DNA of 64,000 nucleotides. Source: Lepidodermella squamata. Lineage: Eukaryota; Animalia; Gastrotricha. The translations under genes and the position numbers were made by a program. The notes below the pieces were generated by a model that saw nothing but the letters and a program-made list of their open reading frames with translations, searched no databases and was not told where the DNA came from. Numbering within the stretch: the first letter of the stretch is position 1; each line of letters starts with the position of its first letter. Positions 1-11,899 of this stretch are shown piece by piece. The DNA lies in assembly GCA_047495785.1 (NCBI GenBank), contig JBLDXI010000009.1, forward strand, positions 496,001 through 560,000, given 5' to 3'.

Positions 1-1929
1 TATTATCTCTGTCTTTCTCTTTTCTCCAACGATGAAAATTGCATATCATAATGCCTGCTTTTTTCAGCTGTTGCACCAGCATTCCATATACTTTACAGTC
101 ATTTTTAACTCCGGCGAAACCTGCCACTAGAAGGTGAACAACACGCCAGCTGTCTGCATTCTCCTCTCTCTCGCTCGCAGCTAGTACTGCATTAATGAAT
201 TATTCAACTAACGACAACACGGCAGCACGATGTATCTTAAAGCAGCGGTGACGGCTAATCGATTTTCCAGGGTCAAAGTTCGCGCTAACATTTTTTCAAC
301 CCGAGATAAAACAACGGAAGAACATATTTCAGCATGAAAATTCTTTTATTTTCTTTAAAAATTGAACAAACATATGCCGTCGTCTTCCAACGGCCTTCAT
401 CCACCTTCATCAAGGCTGTACATATATTTACCACCAACCGCCATCCCAGCAAAAATAGCGATCAGAATAGAGAGTCAATCGAACAAAAATGCAGAATATA
501 ATAAGACATAAATCGGTAAAGAAATAGGGTCGTAAGAATATAGAGAAGTCGGAAGGAGTTGTTTTTTGTAACGGTTTAATAGCATAATATGACGCAACTG
601 ATGTAAGCCAGTGCGTTTTGATGCGGCCAGTTGACGGTACGATTCGACACTGCTCATTTTTCATGACCATAATAAATAGACATCTACATATTTCTCAAGC
701 GAGTGAAAGCCGAGGCGTTTAAATGTTATACAACATACCTATTCATAAACTGTATGTAGCGTAACCCCGGGGAGTCGAAGACCAACAACACATACACGCA
801 CACCAAAGCACGCACCATTTTTTACAAGAGCCATAACGTCGTGTATTATATACAACGCGCATACATCGAACAGTTAACCTCCCTATTTGCATCATAAATT
901 TTTTCTATATTTTTTTTCGAAACATAACGGAAGTTTACACAGAGTGAAACGCGCCCCGGCTTGTTCCCGTGGTAGAGACGAGAGAGCAGAGGAAGAATGA
1001 TGCACAAATATATAATCAAAATTTATATCCAAACCAAACATATGGTAACAACAGTTCAATGATAGAAAAGCTATCGCTTTCTAATTTCAAGTGTGGTTTT
1101 ACATTGTAATATTCCGCAAATGAAATAGAAAAGCGGAAAGGCTCGAAAGTTTTGTAGATATATCTTTATAACTTTCACCGTTGGATTGCAAAACTTAGCA
1201 AAGAAGACGAACATAAAATTGCAGCACTCTGCGCAGAGTTGATAAAAAATGAGAGAGATAAATGAAAATTCCACTTTGTTTCAATGGGGGTTTCATCTCC
1301 AGGCCTTCTGAATTCATAAGGGTATCAAAGTTCATAAGAGAATAAATAGAAATAATGAATTTTAATTGAACCATTGGCTTTGAATGGGCCTGTTGTAAAT
1401 GAGGATATGAAATCGCTCTCGGCAGCATCCGATTGCCATCGAAAAAAGACGGAAGTAAACTTTAGCAGGCCGCAATGAAACTGAAGTTTGAGAAATTTGT
1501 GGCACTGCATTAGCGACCCAATTGAATGATAAGGTAGTTCTTGGCCAAATCATCGAACTGGTTAATTGAAGAACCGATTCACAACATCGTAATAAAGTGC
1601 GCGAATTTGGCAAAAATAATACAGTTATTCAAGTCTACGCCAAGTTTCCTGCTATTCATTTGGATAGTGGTCACAGTTAAGCATTGTGTCAGATCCTTAG
1701 TCGCATGCCAATCAACACGAAATCATGAAATGAGCCGAAGATAAACCCAACAAATCTAATAAATTCTTAATTTGCATCACTCCGGTCTAGGCCTTGCGAT
1801 AAGCGATTATGAATTCTTTCTTTTTCGAGCGGATATCAGACAATCATAGCATTTTACTTGAAAAGAGTCGTCATAGTAAACGTGGGAATTCAGTTATTAC
1901 TTAGTAAGCAGTTACACGGAATGACATAA

Positions 1930-2362
1930 TCAAGTGGCCGTTGGCGGCGGAGGTTGATCGTTATTGCTGTCGGGTCCATTCTGAAAAAAAGCAGGAGACT
2001 ATTTAAATTGCGCATATTGATGAAAGGTTAATACATACGTTTCTATTGATATTTTTAGTTGGGACAGGTCTATTTCGAAGGCTTGGTGGCCGCAGTAAAA
2101 ACAGCGCTGTCGCCACAACCATCATTCCAAGCATCATCATCATCATGCGAACGCTATCAGCAGGGTCGGCATTGGGCGCAGCATTGTCGGTGGTGAGACA
2201 CTCATTATCGTTACAAGTTTCTTGAGTACTCCGCAGCTGGAAACCATAATATGAATAAATTGGGATTTAAGAATGGGATCAAGCTCTTACCAAGTTTATT
2301 AGCCGCTGCATGGCCGAGACGTGATTGTAAACACACTCGCATGGATCAAATTCGTCCCCCAT
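1930..2362 (-). CDS. SMIM14: Small integral membrane protein 14 (3 exons: 2362-2291, 2236-2039, 1980-1930)
   Basis: Manual splice gives MGDEFDPCECVYNHVSAMQRLINL|LRSTQETCNDNECL...MMVVATALFLLRPPSLR...DQPPPPTAT*. This matches the SMIM14 pattern (FDPCEC..H..AM.RLINLLR.SQ..C.D.EC, a TM helix, then LFLLRP). GT-AG introns. Not in the ORF track. Confidence 0.93.
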
Positions 2363-4372
2363 TTCTTCAGATATTTTGATAGTTTTACAACCGATTCAAT
2401 GCGAAGAAGAGGTGTTTTAGTGATAAAAGCTTTGTAATATACCTAAATAAATAAGGCGAAACATCAGATTCATGACAACTGCCAAAATAGCCTGTAGAGA
2501 GCAAGCTTCATAGCGAAATCGCTATCACAGCTTTGGTACCACCATATACGATGAAATTAAACGACGGCAACCCTTGGCGATATCGAAGAATGCACATGGG
2601 AAGTCGCATAGCATAGTTGTCAACCGACTCTCAAGCATTCAGCACAAAATAAACAAAACAGCACAAAACCCTAAAACGCTGAAGATTCTAATAGACTCGA
2701 TTTAAAATAAAAAGCTCCTTAACTTCAAGGAAATTGGTGTATTTTCCTGATGGTGCTTCGATAGGTAGCTCTCCTGATTAATTACGCATACAATCACAAT
2801 TAAAAATTATAAAAAAGGAGTTTCAAATCGAGCCAGATTACTGGCGATGAGGGGCAAGACGTAAGAAGAAACAACAATAAACAATACCTAAATATCTCTG
2901 GTCTCTCTTCTCAAATTGAAATGGTAATGGAACTATTCGATAGAACCTCATTCGTTTGGGATTTAAAAGCGTGAATTAGCTCTGGAATATTCGCCCAATG
3001 TCACCAGATGTTGCAGACTGAAAAACAGGTTTCTTCCATCCTCCAGAGCCAGAGGTCAACAAGGTTGCCAGGTCAGCAACAAGTGAAAACGTCCCCTCTT
3101 TTCAAGCTTTTTGGCTCAGACTTAGATCGCTAACGTCAGCATATTAACCCATTTACAAAAATATGTCAGCTATTTTTTGAAAAAATTAAAACAGTCACTT
3201 ATATGTTTTAAAATTTAAGTGTGAACATTTTTGCCCGCTAGGTTTCAAAATTTTGCGCACCTGGTCGCACTCCCCCATAAGATAATATACTACACTTGCA
3301 CCCCACCTACCCAGATATTATGGCAGTCTAGGAATTTTCTGCCACCCTGCATGTTGTGTTGTCGGCTTAGTCCTTAGTCAGCAAGCATCCAACCTCAACC
3401 TAAAGCCCAAGAAAATGATCAGACTTGAGACTTGAAATGATGTGTGGTAAGCGATTTCGGCCATACCTCTATCTTCGCAGTAATTTGATAATTGGGTGTT
3501 GTGTGTTGTGCAATAATGAGTATGCGGCAGCTGTTGCCTTTTCAAGTGCCTGTGAAAATAGAGATCGGGTCGAAATTGCTTGACTTGTCTCAACTGCTTA
3601 TTGCGGTTGGCCTTCGGGTGTTGATCATTGACCCCCTGAGGAACCATCTCGTGTGATTCGTAAACTGCTATCTTTATTCTCGGTAAACTAAGGTTATATG
3701 GCTAATGCTATTGATATGGAACCAGCGGCTGGCGCTAAAGATGGAAAACGCGCCCTGACATATATGCTACAGTTAATGTTCTGGTGGCGAAACTTGGCAT
3801 CTTTTTCGTTAGCCGAGCAGGTTCTTGAGATATATCATTATCTGTTATCTGCCAAATAAATTTCGTTTGCTTGCGGACGTTCTCATATAATTTGCTTGCC
3901 TGTGACGTTGTTGCAAGCTCGGTTGACAGAACTTATGGAATATCTAGAGAACTTAGCTTGGAGCTATAATATCAGAGATTTGTCTCAATTTTCATCTGAC
4001 AGCTCGCAAACTGAAGTGCTAAAGCCTGTCAGTCTAAGAAAATCGAGCCTACGTTAAATTCAAGGCCGCTGTAGAACCGACCCAAATATAATAATTACTC
4101 GCGCGGTTAAAATACTGTTGTCCTATGCTTCTCACAAAACTTTCTGAAGACATGTTCAAGCTCTTTTTTGAGACCCCTTTCCGGTCGCTATACGTTAAAT
4201 GAAAAATCATGAGATCTGCGCGTCGAAGTTGCGTTTGTAGATCATAATTATTGGAATTATGTGTAATTATCTCCAGAAATACCAGATTCGTGATGGAACA
4301 CTGTACTTTTTCTTTTAATAGGTGTGTTAGCTTTCAGGGAGGCATTCCGTCGCATTTTTTATCGAGTATAAA

Positions 4373-5488
4373 ATGGCCTTGTCCTTTCTACACTCCGGCG
4401 TCGACTTGTTGAAAGCATACTGTTCCAGTGGGAGAAACTTTGCCACCGGTATACCTCAGTTAGTTTTATCGTCCTCATCATAAAACCTTTTTTATTGCTT
4501 CTGAATATACAGGATCGACCACTTGTTGTCAGGAGGAATAAGTTCTGGGCAAGTTTTGGAATTAATCGGAACAGCAACTTCGGGCAAAACCCATATCTGT
4601 CATGTAATGGCTGCGCATGTCGCCGCCTCCCATCCGCCCATTTTGGGCCATCGAGTGCTATACATTGATTGCGCTGGACAATTTTCGATACCCAGATTAC
4701 TTCCTCTAGTCGAAAACGAGTGCCGGAAAGAGATTGAAGCGGGTGACACGGAGGAGTTTCACGTGGCTCAAACAATGCGCCGTATTTCCGTCGTTAGGTG
4801 CATTGACCTTGCTGAGCTTGTTTCTGGGTTCGAGTCGCTACTCGAAAAAGTGAAAAGCTCTCGCACCAAAACCCCGACTTCCCAAGCAACACCAAGTGCT
4901 GGCTTGAACACGGCGAAACCTGTCGTCGAAAATCTGCCTGAGCTAATAATAATTGACACTTTGGCATCGGCGTTTTCGCGAATGCCGCTAACAGTTTTTC
5001 CCGACGAAAAAGAGCCTAAGAAAGAGAGCGAGTTGATGAAGAACATTATTGACGCGGAGAAGGCGAAGAAGAACAAGGCGAATTGTGAACGATTGATGGC
5101 GAAATTTTCGCTACTCGTGCGTCAAGTTGCTTACATGGCCAATATGGGAATAGGTTAATTTGTCTCTTAATTCTTGCATATCATCTTGATGAATTGTTGA
5201 TCTTCAGTGATAACAAACCCGGTACCGGTTCCTCAAATGCTGTTCTCTGGCAGCTATTTCAATGCATGGACATGCGCCCCGCATATTCGAATAAACCTCG
5301 AATTGAATGCGCCTTCAACATTGCCATGCAGCAATACTTCAAATGACAAAACCGGAGGTGATATCGATCACAGACGGAAGCGATTTGCCGTGTTGCGCTA
5401 CCACTCGGGTTCGAGGCATGTGGGCAGCATCGAATCGTTGCCAGCGGGTGATCGGCTTCCGTCTGCGGTGGCATTCACTCTACCGTAA
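4373..5488 (+). CDS. RAD51D: RAD51 paralog, RAD51D-like RecA-fold ATPase (exons 4373-4458, 4513-5153, 5208-5488; 5' end uncertain)
   Basis: ATGIPQ|IDHLLSGGISSGQVLELIG, Walker A GTATSGKT, VLYID..GQFS..RL, Walker B LIIIDT, VITN and AW..PHIRI motifs. The paralog assignment is by recalled motif similarity only. Confidence 0.75.
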
Positions 5489-6090
5489 TTGTTTACTCGT
5501 ACCGAGCAAAAAAGCGATTAACAGGCATTATATGATTTTATACAAGTGGACAAAATGCGTAATGACTATTTTGACGTGCTGAAAAACTAAAGTGCCCTCG
5601 GCGACCAAGAATAAAAATAATAAAGCTGCCTAGATTTGCGACCGACTTGTTCGTTTGTTTTGATTAATTCGTCATCGCGCCGACTTCACGATTCACATGG
5701 TACGGCTGTAAAAATGCCACTGTTTATTTGCTTAACATATACATAGGCTGGCTAAATAATGTATTTCGTGACGATATGTTTTGATCAGCGAAGCGAAGAA
5801 AAAGCGATCGCAAATGCGAATAATACCTGGCCGTAATACTTAATTTAGTTTTGATAGCCAACATGTGTACAGGCATTTGCTCTCAGTGTGTTTGTACACG
5901 AGTCGTTTGTCGGCCAACCGGCAGTTTGGCCGCATGAATTTTATATGCGCATAAGTATCGCCCACTGTTTACGGCCAGCAACAGCAGACAAAGGGACGCA
6001 CGGGCCAAATTCGGCTAGAGAGCTCGCCGATCCTCAAGAGTCGTACAATCAATTTTTCACGCACGAACTTGTCGCGTGAATACTACGTAC

Positions 6091-6112
6091 ACGACGACGA
6101 CGACGACGACGA
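6091..6112. repeat. (ACG)n microsatellite
   Basis: acgacgacgacgacgacgacga. Confidence 0.9.
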
Positions 6113-6912
6113 ATCGCTTCATGACAATACGGCCAGCCAATACAATATTCTAATAGGTGTTCACACACGCGCGCGCACAGACTTGCGACCACTGCTGGCA
6201 AAAGACGCGCCCGCCCGCTCCCCAACCTAAGCCTTTTATATCGGCGCGCTATTGATGATGATGTCGCGCCTGGCAAAACATTGCAAAAGGGTGTCGCACA
6301 TAGCCATATTTATAGAGGTATCTCTAAAAATTGCATTTCATGATGCACGGTGCCTTTCCAATACTTATAGCTATGCGGCTGAAAGATGCGTCGTAATTCC
6401 ACCTGCGGTCAGATACATACGCGGGCTACTGAAGATATTATGCGCAGCTTAACTTATTCGATTCGCGCTTTGTTCAACGCAGCGACTTGGCCGTCAATGG
6501 CGCACACGTAGCCAAGTGCGACGCGCCTTTCATAAATCGCATTAGCCATTGATATGGCTTTCGCCGCCAGCCGCCTATAACATGCGCTCCTCTTCAAAGC
6601 AGTATATAGGCTGGCTAAAATGCTGCAAATTCGAAATATTCTCTACGTTGTCTTCTCATATATAAGCGTGTAGATGCGGCTATTTTGACCGGCCACTTGA
6701 GACCGCTGGGCGCCATTGATTTGACACGCCCAGTACCGGATTAGCTTTTCAACGCGTCCAATCACTAGTTAGACAAAAAAATAACCGCGTACGTTTTTAC
6801 ACGCCGGTTCGATGCCGGCAATTAGCTGCACTGGTTTTTTTATCTATGTAATTCCGATTTTTTTGTAAATAATTTTAGGAATTTTATCGTGAATTTTATT
6901 CCGATTTAAAAA

Positions 6913-7183
6913 ATGGACGACTTTTTATACAAAGAACCGCAAAACGTATCCGAACTTGCTACTTACATCCAGCGAGCTCTCGAACATATGCAAAACAACG
7001 TCCAGGTTAGCGAAATCTTTTACGCGGAGGAATTTGTGTTAAAATGTATGCATATCTTAGGGTACTTTTGATAAGGCGATGGGTCGCATTTCTGAGCTCG
7101 GTCAGCGGTTGGACGAGCTCGAGCGAGAAGTTGCCGATATCATGACCGAAGGCGGTGTTAGAATTCCGGCCGGCGAGCGATGA
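6913..7183 (+). CDS. HSBP1: Heat shock factor-binding protein 1-like (exons 6913-7005, 7061-7183)
   Basis: MDDFLYKEPQNVSELATYIQRALEHMQNNVQ|GTFDKAMGRISELGQRLDELEREVADIMTEGGV...*: a short coiled coil aligning with HSBP1 (P..V.DL...Q..L.QMQ...GRIDDM..RIDDLEKNIADLMTQAG). 55-nt GT-AG intron. Confidence 0.88.
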
Positions 7184-7602
7184 GCTTGCCTTCAATTGAA
7201 TGCAACCTCTACCTACCTACTCAACTACATTTATTAACTGTGTTCTTCAAGTCGAAAACAACAAAAAGATTCCAATATTATACGTATATATATAAAATAG
7301 AAACGATCGATGTTATTACACTTCCATCACTGCCTGTTGCCTACTGATGACGTAGGATGACAATATTCAGATCTCTGAAAACTATACGCTGTGATAGGCA
7401 AGGCATGAATAAATTGCAACCGAAGTTAATCGAAATGCGGGAAATGAATATTTGTAATTTTATTCAAATTTGCAGGTAAAGAAACCCAATCATTAAAGTC
7501 TCGTTTGCAAAATAAATGAATGAAAATAGATATCCCTCGAAGCCGAATATCCTATGTAAATCGCCATTATATTATTTCGATCATATTTTCTGGATTTTTC
7601 GT

Positions 7603-10600
7603 TCACTCCTTTGTGTAGTATTCTCCGCATTCAGAGCAGAACTCTTCGTCACCACAGCTGTCGGAATTCGTCGACCCAGCGATGGACATGCGCAGAGATG
7701 CGGTTGGCACCCACACCTTGACAGCGCGATCGGCCGCCGCCGAGAACATGCGGCATTCGGTTATATTGGCGTTATCCGCATTCGGGGCGATGATCGCCAG
7801 CCCGGTAACGGCGTCCTTGTGCCGGTCGAGCACCTGCGCCGTCACCATCTCGCGGTCGTTGGCGTGCCAGTGCCACACGCGAATCGTCGAGTCGTCGCTG
7901 CCCGTCAGAATGCACAGCGGGTAGGTTGTGCCCAGCGAGGCGATGCAATTGACCGCCGCCGTGTGACCTGGCGCAAAACAAAAAATCAATCATCGACCGC
8001 GGCATCACAGCCAGCGTAATATTTATGCAGCGAACAAGACCGGCAAATAACAATAAAGAAAACAATGCGTTAAGAAAGCCCGCAAATTTTTTCTGCAATA
8101 CTGCGATCAATTATTAATAGTATTGTATTTTGATCGATATCTGCCACATTTACACGCGCACAAATACCGACCAATAAACCCGAGCCACGTTTTGCAAAGC
8201 AAGCCTTAAAACGCGCCGTCATTTACTTTGGTTTTTCTAGCGTAAAAAATGGTTCCTCAACACTACAAGCGATTCTTCTTTTTCGTGGCCCTCATCGCCT
8301 ATTCGATGATTACGCCTCGGATTGTCGAGGCGCAGGACGGTGAGGATGGCGAGATCGCCGACAGCGGAGAGGGCGGTAAAAAGGACGACGAAGAGTTGTT
8401 CGAGTTTAAAACGCCCGATATGACGGAAGAGGAGCAACACAGCCAGCACATGCCTGTTCATATGGAGTGCGACGGGTGTAAGCTCATAGCACGACTGGTA
8501 ACGTTATAACCTGTTATAAGCAATTTTATCCTATTTATTTCATACATTTTCGCAGCTTGACCAATCATTTTACAAGGCAACTGAGCGAAGGTCGAAAAGC
8601 AAGAAAATTCTGACGGAATCGGAAGTTATCGAAATCGTCGAGAAAGTTTGCGAAGACAAATTCGAAGAGTAAAATTTATCGACTTGAGGCTAAAAAATCC
8701 ACCTTAAACCGTTTTTTCCCAGTTATGGAGCCAAGGAAGTTGGTGGTGTTTTAAGGCTGACTGGTCCTTTCACTGAGGTGGAGAATATTCCAGGTGTAAC
8801 TTCAGGCGGTGGAAAATGGCCTAACCGCATCCGCCAGTTGTGCTCTCGTTACTGGGACGAATTAGGGGACGATGGTTTGTTTTCAACTCTTTTCTTATTT
8901 TACCTCCATTTTGCTCACTTTTTTTCAATAGAAATCTACACGGGGTGGAGAGACGACCCTGGCAGTTTCACAAAGTACTTGTGCCATGCTCCTCACCGGC
9001 CGCGCGATGCGTGCTACAAAAGCCGGCTAGACAGCAAGCACATGCCCGACGATTTGAAGCAGGACTTCACGAAACACATGCACGAGGAAGACCAACAGCG
9101 CCAGAAACGCATGGCCGACGTTTCGAAAGAGAACGCGAAGCTCAGAAAAGAGCAAACAGGACGTGATGAACTTTAAAGCATGTGCACACAAAAACACTAT
9201 TAGATGCAGCATCAACTGCCTGTTCATAAATATGTTTACCCGAAAACTCGCAATAAAACCGACACAAAAAACGCAAATTTACCTAACAGAGCGTAGGCAA
9301 ATGCGTACGATGAAGCGGGCGATGTACGGCGGTAGTGCTGCACTGTTGCCCTCTCGAAAATGTACAACTTTCCATTGGAGCCGCCGGCAATTATGAGCCG
9401 ATTTCCGGCTGCCATGGCCAAACATGTGATAGCTATATCGGCCAATTCAAACGGAATCGACAGAGATCGAGACTTGAAAGAAAAACAAGATACAAAAATG
9501 TGAAAAATTGCTTTGCTGTGACAAACCTGACGCCATGTAATATGCGTCTCGTGGCATTGTTTCGCCAGAACGCAAATTGACCGAAACCCCACAGCGCAGA
9601 ATAGGAACATTGAGTCGTCGTCAAAAATGACCGAGTGAACTTTAGTGCTTTTCATGTGACCAATCGACCCGTTGATATGGCGGCGGGTTTGGCTGTCAGA
9701 ATCATCGGAATCTCCCGAACTCTCCTCGAGCTCTTCTAGAAAAGTGTGGTGGAATATGATAGACGCAACGCCCTGGCTATTCAGGCCTAGCACGGTGAGC
9801 TCAGAGCCGCGGCCGATGGCTATCATGAAGCGATCTCGAGATGCCGCCATGCAATGTACGGGTTGCGTCGAGGCGTGAGAAATCGTGTTAGTCCGAGGAT
9901 GGCCGTCGCCGCTATTTCCGGCTTGTATCTGCAACCCGGATACGTACAATCTATTGCTTTCAGGCCAAACTTGGAGCATGGACAGGGGAGAGCCAGATGA
10001 ATGCTGAGCGCTGATTTTAAACGCAGCCAACCGGCCATCGGACAGCCCGGCGTACAAGTGTGAGTACTGGCGGCAGGTTACGACCGCAAGAGTTCGAGCA
10101 TGGACTACGGCGGTCGACGGGACAACCGAGTCGTCGAATAAACTGATTTCGTGAGCGAGTGTGACGGATTGCATGTGACGGGGCGGGTCGCCAATTTGCC
10201 ACAGTTCGATCGTACCAGCTGCAGTTCCTATGATGAGCCAGTCGATTCCGAAAGCGGCTATAGGTCCGGCTAGGTTGTCGAAAGTTCCCGCGCAGCTATT
10301 TTGATTAGTATCAGACATGAGGTTATCAATTGTTGAATTAATAATTACTTGAACATCATGAGGTTTTCAATTGCTGACGAGTCGGATTGGCGGCTTCGAA
10401 GCCGGCTCGTTCCAGATTGGCCCCGTTCGAGGTAAGTTAGCCGGGTTTCGAGACGGCACAGATCGTTATCAATCGCACGAAGCGAATGACCAACAGCATG
10501 TTGGACTGAAAATCACATTTCCATCAAATGCTGTCAAATACCCGTTAAGTGATACCAACATTTCTCTAAAGCTTCCTCGAGGCGGCTTAGTCTTGTCAAA

Positions 10601-10870
10601 ATGACGTTTTCATTAGGCGACGGGTCTTTCAAAGTAACACCAGTTGAGTGGTCGATCAACGACGGTAAGTTGCTTGCCGTCAACCTGGCATTTGGAGGTA
10701 GTTGCTGCGTAAAAATTAATATTGTTAAAATTTGCCATTTCGTGATGCAAGCACTGCAAGCTACCTTGGCGACATACTATTCTAATCTCGTCACTAATCG
10801 GAAGGCTAGATTCTGAGTGACAGTCGCTGAAAACTTCTTCGCCTTTGTCATCATCTGCTTTTTGACTCAT
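7603..10870 (-). CDS. WD40-repeat protein with an N-terminal coiled coil; multi-exon, last intron 9282-7968
   Basis: ORF fragments 10613-10870, 9236-10318 and 7603-7989 join through GT-AG introns. The phase-1 junction TTA G|GT CAC rebuilds YALLGHTAAVNCIA...LTGSDDSTIRVW, a canonical WD repeat. A second repeat reads RHKDAVTGL...SAAADRAVKVW. Confidence 0.8.
8249..9176 (+). CDS. MZB1: MZB1/pERp1-like (canopy/saposin-related) ER luminal protein, 4 exons
   Basis: Signal peptide, then EEQHSQHMPVHMECDGC (CxxC), YGAKEVGGVLRLTGP and GGKWPNRIRQLCSRYWDELGDDEIY, all paralleling MZB1. C-terminal RDEL ER-retention signal. AATAAA at 9252-9257. Confidence 0.85.
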
Positions 10871-11026
10871 CTAACAAATGACTTTTTCATTAACATAAAA
10901 ATAAAGTTAAATGATTAAAGCAAGCAATCATTCAAAACAATTTATTCAAGAGGCGAATGAACCGGAAACGATTTTTTATCACAATACTGATGAGGATGAG
11001 AAATACTAGGTGAAAAACGGGCGATG

Positions 11027-11796
11027 CTAGGCAGTGCTGCCGAAAAGTTCTCGAGCAAAGGCGCAGTGCCGCAAACAAATATCGGCCGGGGTGTCGCCTT
11101 GGGCGTTGCGAAGGTCGGTGCGCAGATGAGGCCAGCGCAGCAAGAAGGCGATGGTTCGAGGAGTTTGGGCCTGTACGCAGGCCACGTGCAACGGGGTGTT
11201 GCCGCCCTCGGTCAGGGCGTTTGGCTCGGCGCCGAGGTTCAATAGCAATTCGCACATCGCGTAATGGTCCCAATGCGCGGCCGAGTGCAGCGGAGTCCAA
11301 CCGTCATTCGTCCGCGCCATCACATCGGCGCCCAGGGATACCAGCAAATCCGCCGTTTGGCAATGGCCACCGTAGGCCGCTCGGTGCAATGGCGTGTACC
11401 CGTCACAATCCTTCGCGTTGACAAGCTCAGGCCTTTCAGACACCAATTTATTTATTATACCGCTTTTTCCGTTCTCCGCGGCCCATAGAATCTTCTTCAC
11501 TGGATCATCTGAAATATTTCGACATAGTATATGAAAGCCGAAACTGCAATAACAATTTTACCGTTGATTTCCTGTTCGCTGTAATGCTCGACGTCTTCCT
11601 CGTCCATCTCCCAATGGCTTGCGTACTTATTTGGCTGGCCACGCTTGTCCTCTAGGATTTTCCGCATCAGCTCGTCGTTTTCAGCCTTCGCAATTTGAAG
11701 CTGCGTGTCGTCGCAAACCGCGTCGACTTCTTCCGCTTCAGCCAACTGAGCCTCGGCAAACGACTCTACAGAGTCCATTTCTTCGTCTTTTTCCAT
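11027..11796 (-). CDS. ANKRD49: Ankyrin repeat domain-containing protein 49 (exons 11796-11562 and about 11508-11027)
   Basis: Acidic N-terminus, then DPVKKILWAAENG...KDCDGYTPLHRAAYGGH...DGWTPLHSAAHWD...TPLHVA. This follows the ANKRD49 repeat pattern (DPSRLLLWAAEK, YTPLHRAAY, GWTPLHSA). Confidence 0.85.
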
Positions 11797-11899
11797 TTTA
11801 AACGAGTAAAATGCTACCCTATGAAGTAGAAAAAATACAGTAGGGTGAAATCCGAATGCCATATGACAATAAAAAAAAATGACGAAAAACATGAGATCT

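Noticed and set aside
428-1744. Several 60-83 aa ORFs at the window start
   Set aside because: No recognisable motifs or coherent splice model; probably UTR or intergenic.
3378-4300. Short ORFs as extra RAD51D 5' exons or a separate gene
   Set aside because: I could not build a consistent spliced frame or recognise a motif; left unresolved.
6803-6819. tRNA gene
   Set aside because: Only a T-arm-like hairpin; no acceptor stem, D-arm/A-box or anticodon arm at the right spacing.
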